From Dicyema japonicum (Eukaryota > Animalia > Dicyemida), in the NCBI GenBank assembly GCA_011109175.1, contig RDEW01000007.1:1016980-1054778 (forward strand): a stretch of DNA of 37,799 nt. Direction: 5' to 3'. The notes beneath the pieces were generated by a model, which saw nothing but the letters and a program-made list of their open reading frames with translations, ran no database searches and was not told the DNA's origin. Every line of letters starts with the position of its first letter. The stretch's first letter is position 1. Position numbers and translations under genes: made by a program. Shown here piece by piece: positions 22,261-34,199 of the stretch.

Positions 22261-22602
22261 CTGTGGATTTGCGAACTTGTGTAGTACTAGAGACAAATAG
22301 CAACTACAAGCATGTGATAACTAATTTACAAGATCCACAACCAGTTGAAGAAACCTATCAATGACAAACATTATCAAGAAATAAAATGTCATCTTTAAAA
22401 ATTTTAGATTGTTGTCTTTTGTTGAGGATGATGATGGTACCCGATTTATAGTAGTTTCAGCGTTCATCCGCAATGATCAGATAAGCGCCGATTATAGTTC
22501 TAAAATGAAATACATGTTGAGAACTGTAGGTTCACATAATGGAATTTTCTAGAATAGTTTAATCATCAACGCGCTCCTTCTGTTTTATCGGTATTTGAGT
22601 CT

Positions 22603-23230
22603 TTATGTTATGTTATCCAATTAAGTCGTGTCCGACTCTTGGAGATCTCATGAACGTGTTTCCTCCACTCTCCCCGATCCGTTGCAATTTGGAATAGCCT
22701 TGATGTATGCATTCCCGTGACGTCTTCCACCGTGGATAGCCACCGAGTCCTCGGTCGGCCAGGTCTTCTCTTCCCATTAATATTGCTCAGCATAATGGTT
22801 TTCTCCAGTGAATCAGAGCAGACAACATGCCCAAAGAACGCCAATTTGTGTTTTACGATTCTTCTTTCTAGCGAAATGTCCGTCTCTACCCGTTTGAGTA
22901 CATCGATGTTTGTTATTTTGGAAGTCCAAGGGATTCTTAGTAACCTCCAGCACCACAACTCAAAAGCATCAATTTTTCGTCTATCCGCTTTTTTCAGTAT
23001 CCATGATTCTGCGACGTATAGAAAAATCCAAAATGAGTTTTTATGTTGTCATAAAATTTATTTCTGAAGAAATATTTGCGTGAAGAGCTATTTGTATCTT
23101 TTCTAGTCGTATCTAAGTTCTGATGCAGTCTTCCACCCATTTTGGGTTTGGAAGAAATGAGTATATCAGAGACGATTTTCTATAATGAGTTTGTCCTCTT
23201 TATAATCTGAGGGAGATTCTTCTTACATAG
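22603..23230 (-). mobile_element. RTE-clade (BovB-like) LINE 3' fragment
   Basis: FLYVAESWILKKADRRKIDAFELWCWRLLRIPW, FFGHV, GKRRPGRPRTRW, DRGEWR; (ATAAC)n tail at 22603-22617. Confidence 0.9.
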
Positions 23231-23479
23231 TTTTATATTTTGAAGGCTTCCAATAAAACACAGTGCACTTCTGGTTAACAAATCTACTTATAAGACGACA
23301 CAAGTACATTTTAAATATTTTTTGAATTTTTACATTTTCAATAAAATTTGTGGAAATAACGATTCGAAAAATTCAAATTCAAGTATTATCGATTTATTCA
23401 TAAATTCCTCGGTAAAATTAACCTTTTTGATAAAATATAAATTTATATAAAAAAATTTAAAGTTAAAAAATAGAAAATA

Positions 23480-23790
23480 AGAATTTTGTCGAATATCCAA
23501 TCGCTCACGCCACGTGGGTATAAAAATATTCATTGAACCCACACGACCTCCACCAAGGTGTAAAGCTAATCAATTGGGTGATCTCTATCTCTTCACGAGT
23601 TTCCACCAGCAACACCACCATTATACGGAATTGTCTTTGGATATCTTTCCACATGACCGATCGACATTTCTCCACATTAATAATTTTACTTCCAAATTAC
23701 TCCTCCTTGGCTGGTATTCGACGACAGCAGCAGACTGGCAAATGTGTATGAGAGAAGTCTGTACACATGAATGGATTACCTCATTAAAAT
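23480..23790 (-). mobile_element. Decayed RTE-like 3' fragment
   Basis: IGHVERYPKTIPYNG and a WRERL-like end; weak. Confidence 0.35.
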
Positions 23791-23850
23791 CGAAAATCGG
23801 TATATCTGTTTGATATATTATTAATAATACCGCAAAACAACGTTAGTAAA

Positions 23851-26610
23851 GTTATTGTTATCTCGCTTGTGCCACCCTCTCGCTTGATGCGTTTTGTTAA
23901 TCGCTTCCAGTTCCCTCTGTTCCTCGATAGGTCTATCAGGTGCTCAACATCATCTGCCGACGTCAACCCTTTCCCAATCGAAGTTAGGTATTGATGTAGA
24001 AGGGTTGGTTGAGTAATTCGTGGTCTTCCTCGGAACGTCGATCCCGGATGAGGAGCATAGTGGTGCTTCATTGCGAGATTAGCGGAAGTATTCCTGTCCA
24101 TTCTTAGGATGTGACCAAATAAGCCCCATCTGTTACTTCTTATTTCTCCGTCCAATGGGTGGATATTGTAATGGGAATAGATGTGTTTGATTGAGATGTG
24201 CTTTGGCTAGGAAATTCTTCGAATCTATCTGAGCTGCATTCTATGAAAGGAGTTCAGACTTTTAGACATTGTGAATGCCCAAGTGGAAGAATTGTACAGT
24301 AAAACCGGTTTTACGAACATATTGTATAATTTGATTTTTAAAGAGGCAGAAATTTGTTTACCTCGTAACCATACGTTGTTTAGTCATTTAAGAGGAAAAA
24401 CTGCTAGTGATTTTCTTCGTAGTATGTCTTCTGTATCTTCTAATAGAGCGCCAAGTTTTTTAAGTTTTTTCGTATGTCTCCATTTTTCTTCGTGTCGTTG
24501 TTTGCATCGCCTTACTATAGTATATTCTGTTTTCTCAGTGTTAATTTTTAGGAATGATTTTTCAAATGTTTTGGCCAATTTGTCGATAATACTTATAATT
24601 GGTGGTCTGTTGCCGTGAGGTCTATGTCATCTGCGAAGATGACTTCCGTTATATGTTTGGGTATATTATTCCTGGCTCCCCTAGGGTTGCCTCCAGATGT
24701 GCGATGAATTAGACCGGGGATAGGGCGTCTCCTTGGGAGAGCCCTTGTTTGTTCCGAATACTCTGGATTTCAGATTTCCGAGCTGGATAAATAGTTGAAT
24801 GGAGGAGAGTAGTAACGAATTATTCTGATGCAATTTTCCTCGAGTAATGGTGTTAATATTTGTATCATCTTGACTCTGCTGATTGAGTCAAATGCCTTAG
24901 ATTGGTCGATTTCCATTATGTGGTACTCCTCTTTATATTTTTGGCATGAAGCACACATCCATTTGTAGATCTAAACGGCATCGGAAGTTGATCTTCCAGA
25001 GACAAACCCACTTTGGCTAGCTCCGATAAATCCACGTAGTGGGGCTTTTATTATAGAATTTTGCGCCGTGAGTTGAATAGTATGATTGGTCTCAAGCTGT
25101 TTAGCTTTCCTTTTTCCTTCCCCGTTTTATGTAATGGGATTAATTTTCCGATTCCGATGTTAATTCTGGAGTGTTCCTCAAAAGTTTTGTTCAGAATGTG
25201 AGTATTGAGTTTTTAAAACTCTTCAGGAGCGTATTTTATGAGCTCTGCGTTAACATTATCTGAGCCTGGAGTTTTTGAGTTGTTTAGTCTGGTCACAGCC
25301 TTTTTAACTTCCGTCAAAGTTATTTCTGGTGATAGCTTTCTCGGGACTCCATCAAACGGATAAAACGTTTTTTCGTTTTCAAAATTGAAATATTTTTCGA
25401 AGTGATCAGCTATCGTGTCTGTGGTTGTTGTAAATGGTTCTTCCGGATCATCATGAACTGTTAGATTTTCAGATTTTTTCTTTCGCGCTAGTATCTTTAC
25501 AGACGCATACATTTGAGCTTCGTGTTTGTACTTTCCTACTTCATTTGCAAGGTTTTGTAGCCCTGTTTTGTGGTTTATCTGACATTTTTTCTTGATTTCT
25601 CGCATAATTTTGCTTCCTTGGATTTGAACTCAGTTGCTTTCATTTAGTTGTGGGTGTTCATGCATTTGATACGTAGATCCTATGTAATGGGAGAGGTGAT
25701 CTATATGTGGGTCGTGTATTCCTTTGAGGTTTTGGGAATTGTCCCAATCGTGTGAGCCACTGATTTTATTTTGTTTACGAGATTATTCCATAAACTTCCA
25801 GCAGGTAGATTGAGATTGATCGGTTCTATGGTTTGTGATATTTTAGCTGAATAGTTATTTCTGTGGACAGGATCGTTTCTTAAGAGTCGACTAACTTTTC
25901 TGTATTTGTTTTTGACTCTGTAAATCCAAAATCTTCTTTTAGATAAGTTTGGTTACCAATAGTTTATGGTCACTCGATGTTAGCGTTCCTCCATATGTTC
26001 GGGCATCTGAAAGTAGGGCTTTCTGTGATTATCGACACAGAATGTAGTCAATTTGGTTATATATTTTGATTACATGTCCATTTGAGTCTCGGCGTTATCC
26101 AGTCCAGGTCCTGATATGCCTTACAGCGTGCTGGGATGCTGTGTTGCAATTGAATAATTGTTTATTAATCGCGAAGTTGGCCATAGTTTGCTAAACATGT
26201 TCCTCCGACCTCTCCCATGGGTACCCATGAAGCTCAGTTCTCGGGCCCCTTTTCCGACCTTCGTATTCCAATCTCCACTTATGTAAAGTAGATAGATCGT
26301 GGATATTTCCATTAGGGTTGTAAATAGTGAACTGTAAAAGTCATCCAGTTCCGTTGGGTTTTTAGAGACTTTCGGAGATGTAGGTGCAAATAAATTTATA
26401 ATTGTAGAGTTAGATCCAGTTTCCAATTGAATTGCGCAAATTCTTTCATTCACTTTCCATGTCCTTCTTTGACTTTGGTCTCTTGCAGGCAGCAGATAGT
26501 AAAGTTGTATCGTTTCAGATCCCGGCAGAGTGACCTCCTTTTGACCGACGACTTTAGTCCTCGAACGTTGAAGGATGCTAGCATGAACAGAGAGTTAGAA
26601 GTGAGTGAAC
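23851..26610 (-). mobile_element. Near full-length RTE/Proto2-like LINE (APE plus RT), many frameshifts
   Basis: SFNVRG..LQETK, GDWNTKVG, KTPGSDNVNAELIK, IDQSKAFDSISR, QGDALSP, FADD, RWGLFGHILR, FRGRPRIT, and a taac-rich tail. Confidence 0.93.
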
Positions 26611-26637
26611 TGCGGTATGTCTTCTTTTAATGTTTAG

Positions 26638-27030
26638 AAAACTGACGAATATTTCACAAGGGGTTGCTGGCAAAAAGAAGACAAATAAAAAGTATTAAAA
26701 AACAGAACTGTAAAGATTGTCGAAGGCACAAACTCGCTCATTAGATTTCCATCTAATAATAAGAAAGTGGGGGTAAAAATCATTGAGGGCATTGATGAAA
26801 ATATTGTAAATTTCTTCACGATCACTATAGGGGGATCATTGTTATATATTTGTTCTGACGGAGCAGCCTTTGATGACTGGATAAAAACGTAAGGGACCAA
26901 ATTCTAGAAATTATTCATATAGTGGAATAACCTAGCATTTCTAACAAACACGGAGATAGTCGACTTATTGGACCAAAATAGCGAAGAATACAAATTTATT
27001 ATTCTCGGAAAAAGTCAGACTCATCTTTGA
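26638..27030 (+). pseudogene. PH-domain-like host coding exons (26638-26888, 26923-27030)
   Basis: ISQGVAGKKKTNKK/VLKNRTVKIVEG...NFFTITIGGSLLYICSDGAAFDDWIK fits the PH strand pattern and C-terminal helix Trp. Preceded by a 23-nt GTATGT...TTTAG intron (26615-26637); donor GTAAG at 26889. Needs two +1 A corrections in A-runs. Confidence 0.5.
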
Positions 27031-27213
27031 ATGAAAATATAAAATAAATATAATCACACTGAATGCGTTTAAAAAAAACAAAATTATCACAGAAAACCAA
27101 GAATACAGTCCAGGAACGTATCTGACTTTTATTGCATTTTTATATCAAACAAATAGGATCCACAATATTCATGTGCTAAGTTAAGAATTGGAGACTGGAT
27201 CACTAGAATTGAT

Positions 27214-27639
27214 TATTATTATTATTAACCCCAGGCTTACTATTGTAAGCCCAGCACAAACAGTCATAACTAACTAATCCGAGGAAAAAACCAAAGGGAG
27301 AACATCTGCTTGTGCCGACCAAATCCATCTTCCAATACTTCATTACAGGCTTCCACTTTTGAAGGGAGGTGGAGAAGTAGGTACGCCCTATTCCATTTTT
27401 GTCTCACGTCCTACCGTCGCGGAGATCACTTCATTCTTTAGCGGAATAGTTTTCATAATGCAATCTTCATCAGAGAGTTTGGTCAAGGAGAAAGGTAGGA
27501 AGATCCCTTTTAACAACTGTGTCGTACCAGAAGTACTCGTCGCCTCACGGGTGGGATCTGAATTGACTCCATTTTTCGGATTTGAACCCACAACCTTCAG
27601 ATCCGATGCCATCAGACGTTATATTCTGCCAGAAGGCCT
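27214..27639 (-). mobile_element. Full-length SINE family R (tRNA-Arg-like head, LINE-like tail)
   Basis: 12-bp TSD actagaattgat (27202-27213 / 27640-27651). Head ggccttctggcagaatataacgtctga...cggatctgaaggttgtgggttcaaatcc resembles tRNA-Arg. Terminal 7-bp stem-loop and (TAA)n tail. Confidence 0.85.
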
Positions 27640-27859
27640 ACTAGAATTGATGATAAGAGTTAGCTGAAGAGTCAAGAATTATCAGAAGATGGAATATTAA
27701 TCCATCACACATTTATAGTGCATAAACAAGAAATCAGTGGTCAAAGTCGCCCAGTTACCGATTTTAAGGCCATCCAGTACAACAAATTTTTAAATTTTTA
27801 TAAAATATTATAAAAATAAATTATAAATAACAATACATTTATTTAATATATTTAAAATG

Positions 27860-28165
27860 TGGAACAGAAATACCTTCCCTGCTGACGGAATCTACAACTC
27901 GTAGATGTGGTTCCGGATTTCTCCGCATTTACGAGGAAGATGGACACCCACTAAGCCTCTCACTGCTCCACGCAAGGTTGGCTAAGAAATTTCATTCCCC
28001 AATCGGCTTCCTCTGCAAGGATCAAAGAAGGCATTTCCGCTCTACAGTGGGAACAATGGAGACGCACAGGCTTCGGATGTTTGGTTGTAAGAACTGGGAT
28101 CACCTAACTAGTTGACTTTACTTTTGTCCTTCTTTCTCGGTGATCCCGGGGTTAATAAATATATT
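27860..28165 (+). mobile_element. LINE 3' end (I/Jockey-group-like)
   Basis: Ends VRTGIT* like RTGIK* at 13400, followed by a 3' UTR ending ggggttaataaat. Confidence 0.45.
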
Positions 28166-28167
28166 TA

Positions 28168-29807
28168 CAGTCCGACCTCGATTCAGAGAAAACCTCACAT
28201 CAGTTTTTGGAACATTCTCAGATTTTTAATACTTGGTAGGATTGGAATAGAAATGGACAAGACTAAAAACCTCGATGTGGAACAAAAATAATTATTTATG
28301 AATTATTTTATAGTTTATTTTTTATTTTAAAAGAAAATTTCACGTTGGCGTTTTTAAAATGAGCTAAAATAACAAGAAAAACTTGGAATAGCTATTCTCC
28401 TATGGAAATTCTCACAGATTCTTAACACAAAGGGAACGAGCATTGAATCTATAGCTCGAATAAAAAAGATATAATGCCTCTTGTGATTGGTGGGAACATC
28501 TGTTCAATTACTAAAACTCGTAAGAAAAATGAAGATACTTTTAAATTGTTGGATTCAAAGGTTCTCGATGTACTTCAGCACCTGAGAATGCAAAATGTTC
28601 TAGTGACCCACTCATTAACAAAATTGATAATCTCCATATTGACTCTTTGGTTTAAACATTGCAAATATATTTCGCTTTAAGACTTTTAAGGCATCATATG
28701 GGCGGTTAAAAAACTTAAAAAAAAACATGAGTTTAAGTTAAAATGTCTTACAGATGACAAAAATTCACATTTAACCGATGGAATTGATGGTATGTGTCAC
28801 TCCTTAATAAAAATATCCAATACGGGAAGGAAAATATTTTTAACAGCAATGAAATCTGTCTTTTCTCAAAAAACTCATAAACATCATTTCTCCGAGGAAA
28901 CAATAATTCATTTGGCTATAAGAGAAAAGAAAAAATTTTTGTTCTTTTTGCAGCTACATTGGAGAATATTGAATCCAATATTAGTTGGGAAATTTAGAAA
29001 TCCCAGATGTTTTTAAATTTTAATCCAAAGATCACAACGTTATGTACTCATCATCCCAGAATGTTTGGATGACAAATATATTTTAATTCATGGTTATTTT
29101 GAATAATAAAAATTCCAAAAAGAAAAAACCGTATTCTACTCGAAAATGCTACATGTCATGAAAAACAAATTCAAAAATTGAATTACTCTTCCTGCCAAAG
29201 AATTCTATTCCAATTCTTCAGCCATTGGATGGTTGAATTATAAAATCTTTGTCGACTAAGAAGATTATTTTTTAAGAAGATCCTTAACAAAAGAAGATTT
29301 TTGACAAAGTTGATTTACGACACTGATTTAAATATGTGGGATGACAAAATATACATCATGAATCTGTTATAAAACGTTGAACAGTATTTACAACAAAGAA
29401 ACAATCTCAATAATCAAAGCGATGAAAAAGTATGAGAAATTATAGAGGAAATACACACGAAAGAAGTCTATGATGAAATGTAGTGGTAAATCAAGATAAA
29501 ATGAAGCAATACAAGGAACCCTCAAACAAATTAATTATATGGAAGGTCCATTTTAGATATCGATCCGGATTCCCTGAAAGAGTTTTACTCGTTTAGGAAA
29601 AAAACTACAGCTAAACTTGAGAAAGAAATATGGAATTGGTGGCAGAATTGAACATTTTTGCTAATAATCCACAATAAAATTTGTTAAGTTTTTATATATA
29701 TTATTATTAATAAAATTATAATTTTTTAAACTTTTAAGTAAGAACCTCAATTTTTTGAACAACCTCAGTTTTTGGAACGTTTGGTGTTCCAAATCGAGGT
29801 CGGACTG
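28168..29807 (+). mobile_element. pogo/Tigger-like DNA transposon with decayed transposase
   Basis: Perfect 16-bp TIRs CAGTCCGACCTCGATT, TA TSD (28166-28167 / 29808-29809). Remnants LWFKH, GRLKNLKKKH, PILVGKFRNPRCF, WMT, ILQPLD. Confidence 0.9.
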
Positions 29808-30663
29808 TATAACTCCAAAACCGCCGAAAAAGGTGGTATTAAAACCAACTCATCAGTTGACCCCAGCCTACACTAGATTTCGAATTATTCTAGAACGATT
29901 CGCCAGCGATTCCATCATTTCTTGTAGCACCTAGGAGGAATGCCGGTGAAGGAACTCGATGGGGGTATCCTTCTTCACGATTGATTCCCCCGCATGAATA
30001 ATCTATTTAATAGAATTGTGTCCTAGTAGTCCTAAAAGTCAGCAATTTCAGCAGATCTTTATTTTATTTAAAAATTAATCTTCCCTGCATGTTAATCATC
30101 CAATCAGCTCTCCATGGGATCCTTGTCTGTTTTTCAATTATTTTCTTAGCATTTAGTTCTTGGAATTTGTAATTCTCTTGTTCGGGTTTACTAGGTCGCC
30201 TACGTTAAGCAAACCAGGAGGATAAAGAGTTCACAGGAAGTAGACGTTCATGATAAAGAGTCACGTCACATCTATTATCTCAAACAGATTAATCGAAATG
30301 CGAATCGTAAACCTCACTTTACATCAAATTACGTGTATTTTTTTAGTCCACGTGAGTTAAAAAAACGACGAAGAGAGTATAAATTCACAACAAAGCTACA
30401 GATCCTACTAAGAGTGACCTCTACTTGTATCCACAATCTTATTCGATATTTTCACTTAAGTATGATTCTTTAGCTCAGAGTTTCTTCACTTTTTTTACAC
30501 GCCTCCCTTAGAAAAAGTATACAATCTTGCGCCTCTTTTTATATTCCATGATATAATGTAAATATTATTTTTAGCAGAAACAATTTTTAACACAAAAGAG
30601 TGCTACTCGTAGCTTATTATGCACTAATAATCGAGTTCGATATTTAGATTTCATTGCAGTTCN

Positions 30664-31862
30664 AAAACATGAGTTTAAGTTAAAATGTCTTACAGATGAC
30701 AAAAATTCACATTTAACCGATGGAATTGATGGTATGTGTCACTCTTTAATAAAAATATCCAATACGGGAAGGAAAATATTTTTAACAGCAATGAAATCTG
30801 TCTTTTCTCAAAAAACTCATAAACATCATTTCTCCGAGGAAACAATAATTCATTTGGCTATAAGAGAAAAGAAAAAATTTCTGTTCTTTTTGCAGCTACA
30901 TTGGAGAATATTGAATCCAATATTAGTTGGAAAATTTAGAAATCCCAGATGTTTTTAAATTTTAATCCAAAGATCACAACGTTATGTACTCATCATCCCA
31001 GAATGTTTGGATGACAAATATATTTTAATTCATGGTTATTTCGAATAATAAAAATTCCAAAAAGAAAAAACCGTATTCTCCTCGAAAATGCTACATGTCA
31101 TGAAAAACAAATTCAAAAATTGAATTACTCTTCCTGCCAAAGAATTCTATTCCAATTCTTCAGCCATTGGATGGTTGAATTATAAAATCTTTGTCGACTA
31201 AGAAGATTATTTTTTAAGAAGATCCTTAACAAAAGAAGATTTTTGACAAAGTTGATTTACGACACTGATTTAAATATGTGGGATGACAAAATATACATCA
31301 TGAATCTGTTATAAAACGTTGAACAGTATTTACAACAAAGAAACAATCTCGATAATCAAAGCGATGAAAAAGTATGAGAAATTATAGAGGAAATACACAC
31401 GAAAGAAGTCTATGATGAAATGTAGTGGTAAATCAAGATAAAATGAAATAATACAAGGAACCCTAAAACAAATTAATTATATGGAAGGTCCATTTTAGAT
31501 ATCGATCCGGATTCCCTGAAAGAGTTTTACTCGTTTAGGAAAAAAACTACAGCTAAACTTGAGAAAGAAATATGGAATTGGTGGCAGAATTGAACATTTT
31601 TGCTAATAATCCACAATAAAATTTGTTAAGTTTTTATATATATTATTATTAATAAAATTATAATTTTTTAAACTTTTAAGTAAGAACTTCAATCTTTGGA
31701 ACAACTTCAGTTTTCGGAACGCTTGGTGTTCTAAATCGAGATCGGACTGTATAACTCCAAGACCGCCGAAAAAGGTGGTATTAAAACCAACTCATCAGTT
31801 GACCCCAGCCTACACTAGATTTCGAATTATTCTAGAACGATTCGCCAGCGATTCCATCATTT
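30664..31862 (+). repeat. Near-identical direct duplicate of 28722-29920, starting right after an N (30663)
   Basis: Constant 1942-bp offset; includes the Tigger 3' half, right TIR and ~110 bp of flank; scattered SNPs. Confidence 0.95.
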
Positions 31863-32236
31863 TGCACTTTGTACGAAATTTTAGACGTTTTCGTTTTTTA
31901 AATTTCTTTAAAAAATTCTACTTTTATTTTAAAAAAATTATGGATATATTCCGAATGAATCGTTTCAAAATGTCTACTTAATATGCATAGCCTCATAGTA
32001 TCTGCTGCAAGTGTTTTGTATAAAGCAACAGAGAAGTATTTCAAAGGGATTAATAATAATAATACGTGTGAATCCTAACGATAAGTAGGATGTACAATAT
32101 TTTCTTGTCTCTGGAGTAGTATTGATTATAATCAAATTATTTTGACTATTTGAGACACCATCAAAATCCTCACTATCGGTCAATTTTCTTTTACAACCAC
32201 TAAAGAATTTATCCATTTGTTGAACTAATTTAAATT
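31750..32236 (-). mobile_element. Buster-type hAT transposase N-terminal remnant (host of the Tigger and CRE insertions)
   Basis: MDKFFSGCKRK...TRKYCTSYLSLGFT...RHFETIHSEY...ELVLIP resembles the ZBED5/Buster N-terminus. Confidence 0.65.
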
Positions 32237-32658
32237 TTTTTTTAAACAAAAATTTTTTTAATAATTAAACAAATGTCAGTTGAGGAAGCCTGCTGCGTGG
32301 ATTGCAAACGAGTTCCCTCGGAGTATGGCTATTCCTATCTTTTGTCTTAGCCATAACCCTTCTCGTTGATCCCTTTTCTTTCTGGCAAGCAATCCTCCGA
32401 GTTCTTACAAGAATTCAGCCGTCATTGGACCAACGGCTCCCGATGATTCGGTCGCAACAAGAGTAAATCGGTGGCGATCCCCGAGGCAAGAATATTTCTT
32501 GATTTTTAGGTTCTCCGCAGTCGAAGCAGCTGTTCCAGGTGTCTGAACCGATTTAAAAATGTTCGTGCTTGAGAACGTGTCTATGCAAGTTGCGTCCCAG
32601 ACCAAAGATCTTCCAGACGTGAAGGGGAAAAGGGTCATCCCGTCAGGTCTCTTCCCAT
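32237..32658 (-). mobile_element. 5'-truncated CRE copy
   Basis: GKRPDGMTLFPFTSGRSLVWDATCIDT...VATESSG, poly(A), 12-bp TSD (plus strand ctaatttaaatt at 32225-32236 / 32659-32670). Confidence 0.92.
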
Positions 32659-32789
32659 CTAATTTAAATTCGATTGATTTTTTTTAAAATATAAATTTTA
32701 AAATTAATAACTATTATTATTTTTATATAATCACATTTTTATATAGATTTAATTTTACAAAAATACTAAAAAAAAGAATCGAGTCTAAG

Positions 32790-33768
32790 AATGATCCAAA
32801 TTTTTTATCTAACACAGAGCTCCTTGTGAGAGTTGGAAAAACCTAGTCAAGAAAATTTGAAACAGACACAGGCACTCCTCAAGGAGACTCCCTCTCTTCG
32901 CTACAATTCACAATATACTTGGAGGCCGCTATGAGGGAACTGAGACCATGACACCAAGAAAAATAGAAGAAGTGATTTATGCTGATGATGTCGACCTTAT
33001 CTCCAAGACAAAGAACTCCTGGAACATTTACTAGAAAAAGCACCAGATATACTTGGGATATGGTTTCTCATCGTGAAAAGGTAAAATACAGAACGGACAG
33101 AAGAATAACTAATAAGACGAATGAATAACTCACTCGAAGAGAAATAGGGACACACAAAGAAACTTGGTTCCCTACTTGGAGATAGTGAAGATATCATACG
33201 GAGAAAACGATGGAAAATGCGGCATTAACACAGGCTGAAAAACCTATGACTAAAACGGAAAGGGAATAACATAAAACAAAGAATAATGTTTTATGACACC
33301 TTTATCAAACCAATCCTCCTATACAATTCTAGGACCTGAGGCATCTCAAAAGAGGATTGGAGAAGCTAGACTTGTTTCACAGGAATCATCTAAGAAACAT
33401 AACTGGAATGTCCTGGCCATCCAAAATCTCGCGGAAAGGATGTACAATAAATGTGACTGTACACCAATAAGTCTCGAGATCATTAGCTCTCGTTGGAGAC
33501 TTTTGGACACATCCTGAGGTTGCACCCAACATCCGTCTACGATGTGGGCGCCACCCATATCTACTAGCTTGATGTACTCTGCTCTTTTGCAACCTCCACG
33601 TGCTGACAACAAATCACCTATTTCAATGTCATGAATTGGCACAACATTTCTCCACAATGCCGGAACTGACCGATCTATGGAGCGACCAAACATCTGCTGC
33701 GTACAACTTAATAGCTGCTGGGCCTCTTGCAAGTTAGTGAGGCTGGGGTTACTTAACTAACTAACTAA
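32790..33768 (+). mobile_element. RTE/Proto2-like LINE RT-to-3' fragment
   Basis: PQGDSLS..FTIYLEAAMREL, VIYADDVD, KKLGSLLGDSED, SRWRLL; (TAAC)n tail. Confidence 0.9.
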
Positions 33769-34199
33769 TGACAAAAAATGATTTAATGACAGGTGATGTC
33801 AACCAGTCCAGTAAGTCACATATTAGCATCAATCACACGTTCACTTCAATCAAACCTTGCCACAAGTAAAATGAGAACATGACAATTCGAACTCGAAGAT
33901 GCTGAATGTCCCACATTTCTTTAGTTCAAAGCTGTGATTGTCCAAGTTTTCAGAGTCTTCCATTTAACAATAAGACTTTCACACCTCATCAAGGTGCGTA
34001 GACAAATCTCGAAATTAAAGTCACCACCAATACAGTTTCACTATTGCACTGCCATGCTTAAAGCAGTGCAACATGAAAAATCAACAGCAGCGCCACTCTC
34101 CTATGCTATCCTGTTGCTACAAACTCCATATCCATCTCACATTCTCCTCTCAAGACAACTTCAATCCATGTCCCCGTAGAATGGTTTACGTTCGTTAGG

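Noticed and set aside
23827-26618. 8-bp inverted repeat (ataccgca / tgcggtat) near the ends of the long LINE
   Set aside because: Too short to exceed chance, and LINEs do not make terminal inverted repeats.
26634-26900. 88-aa minus-strand ORF as LINE ORF1
   Set aside because: No ORF1-like motifs; it is the antisense shadow of the PH-like exon on the plus strand.
27440-27480. Hammerhead ribozyme core (CTGATGA...GAAA on the minus strand of SINE R)
   Set aside because: The 12 nt between the motifs do not form stem II, and the core is not conserved in the 9.3 kb copy.
28792-30958. Duplicated 74-aa gene pair (28792-29016, 30734-30958)
   Set aside because: Frameshifted Tigger transposase pieces inside the duplicated block.
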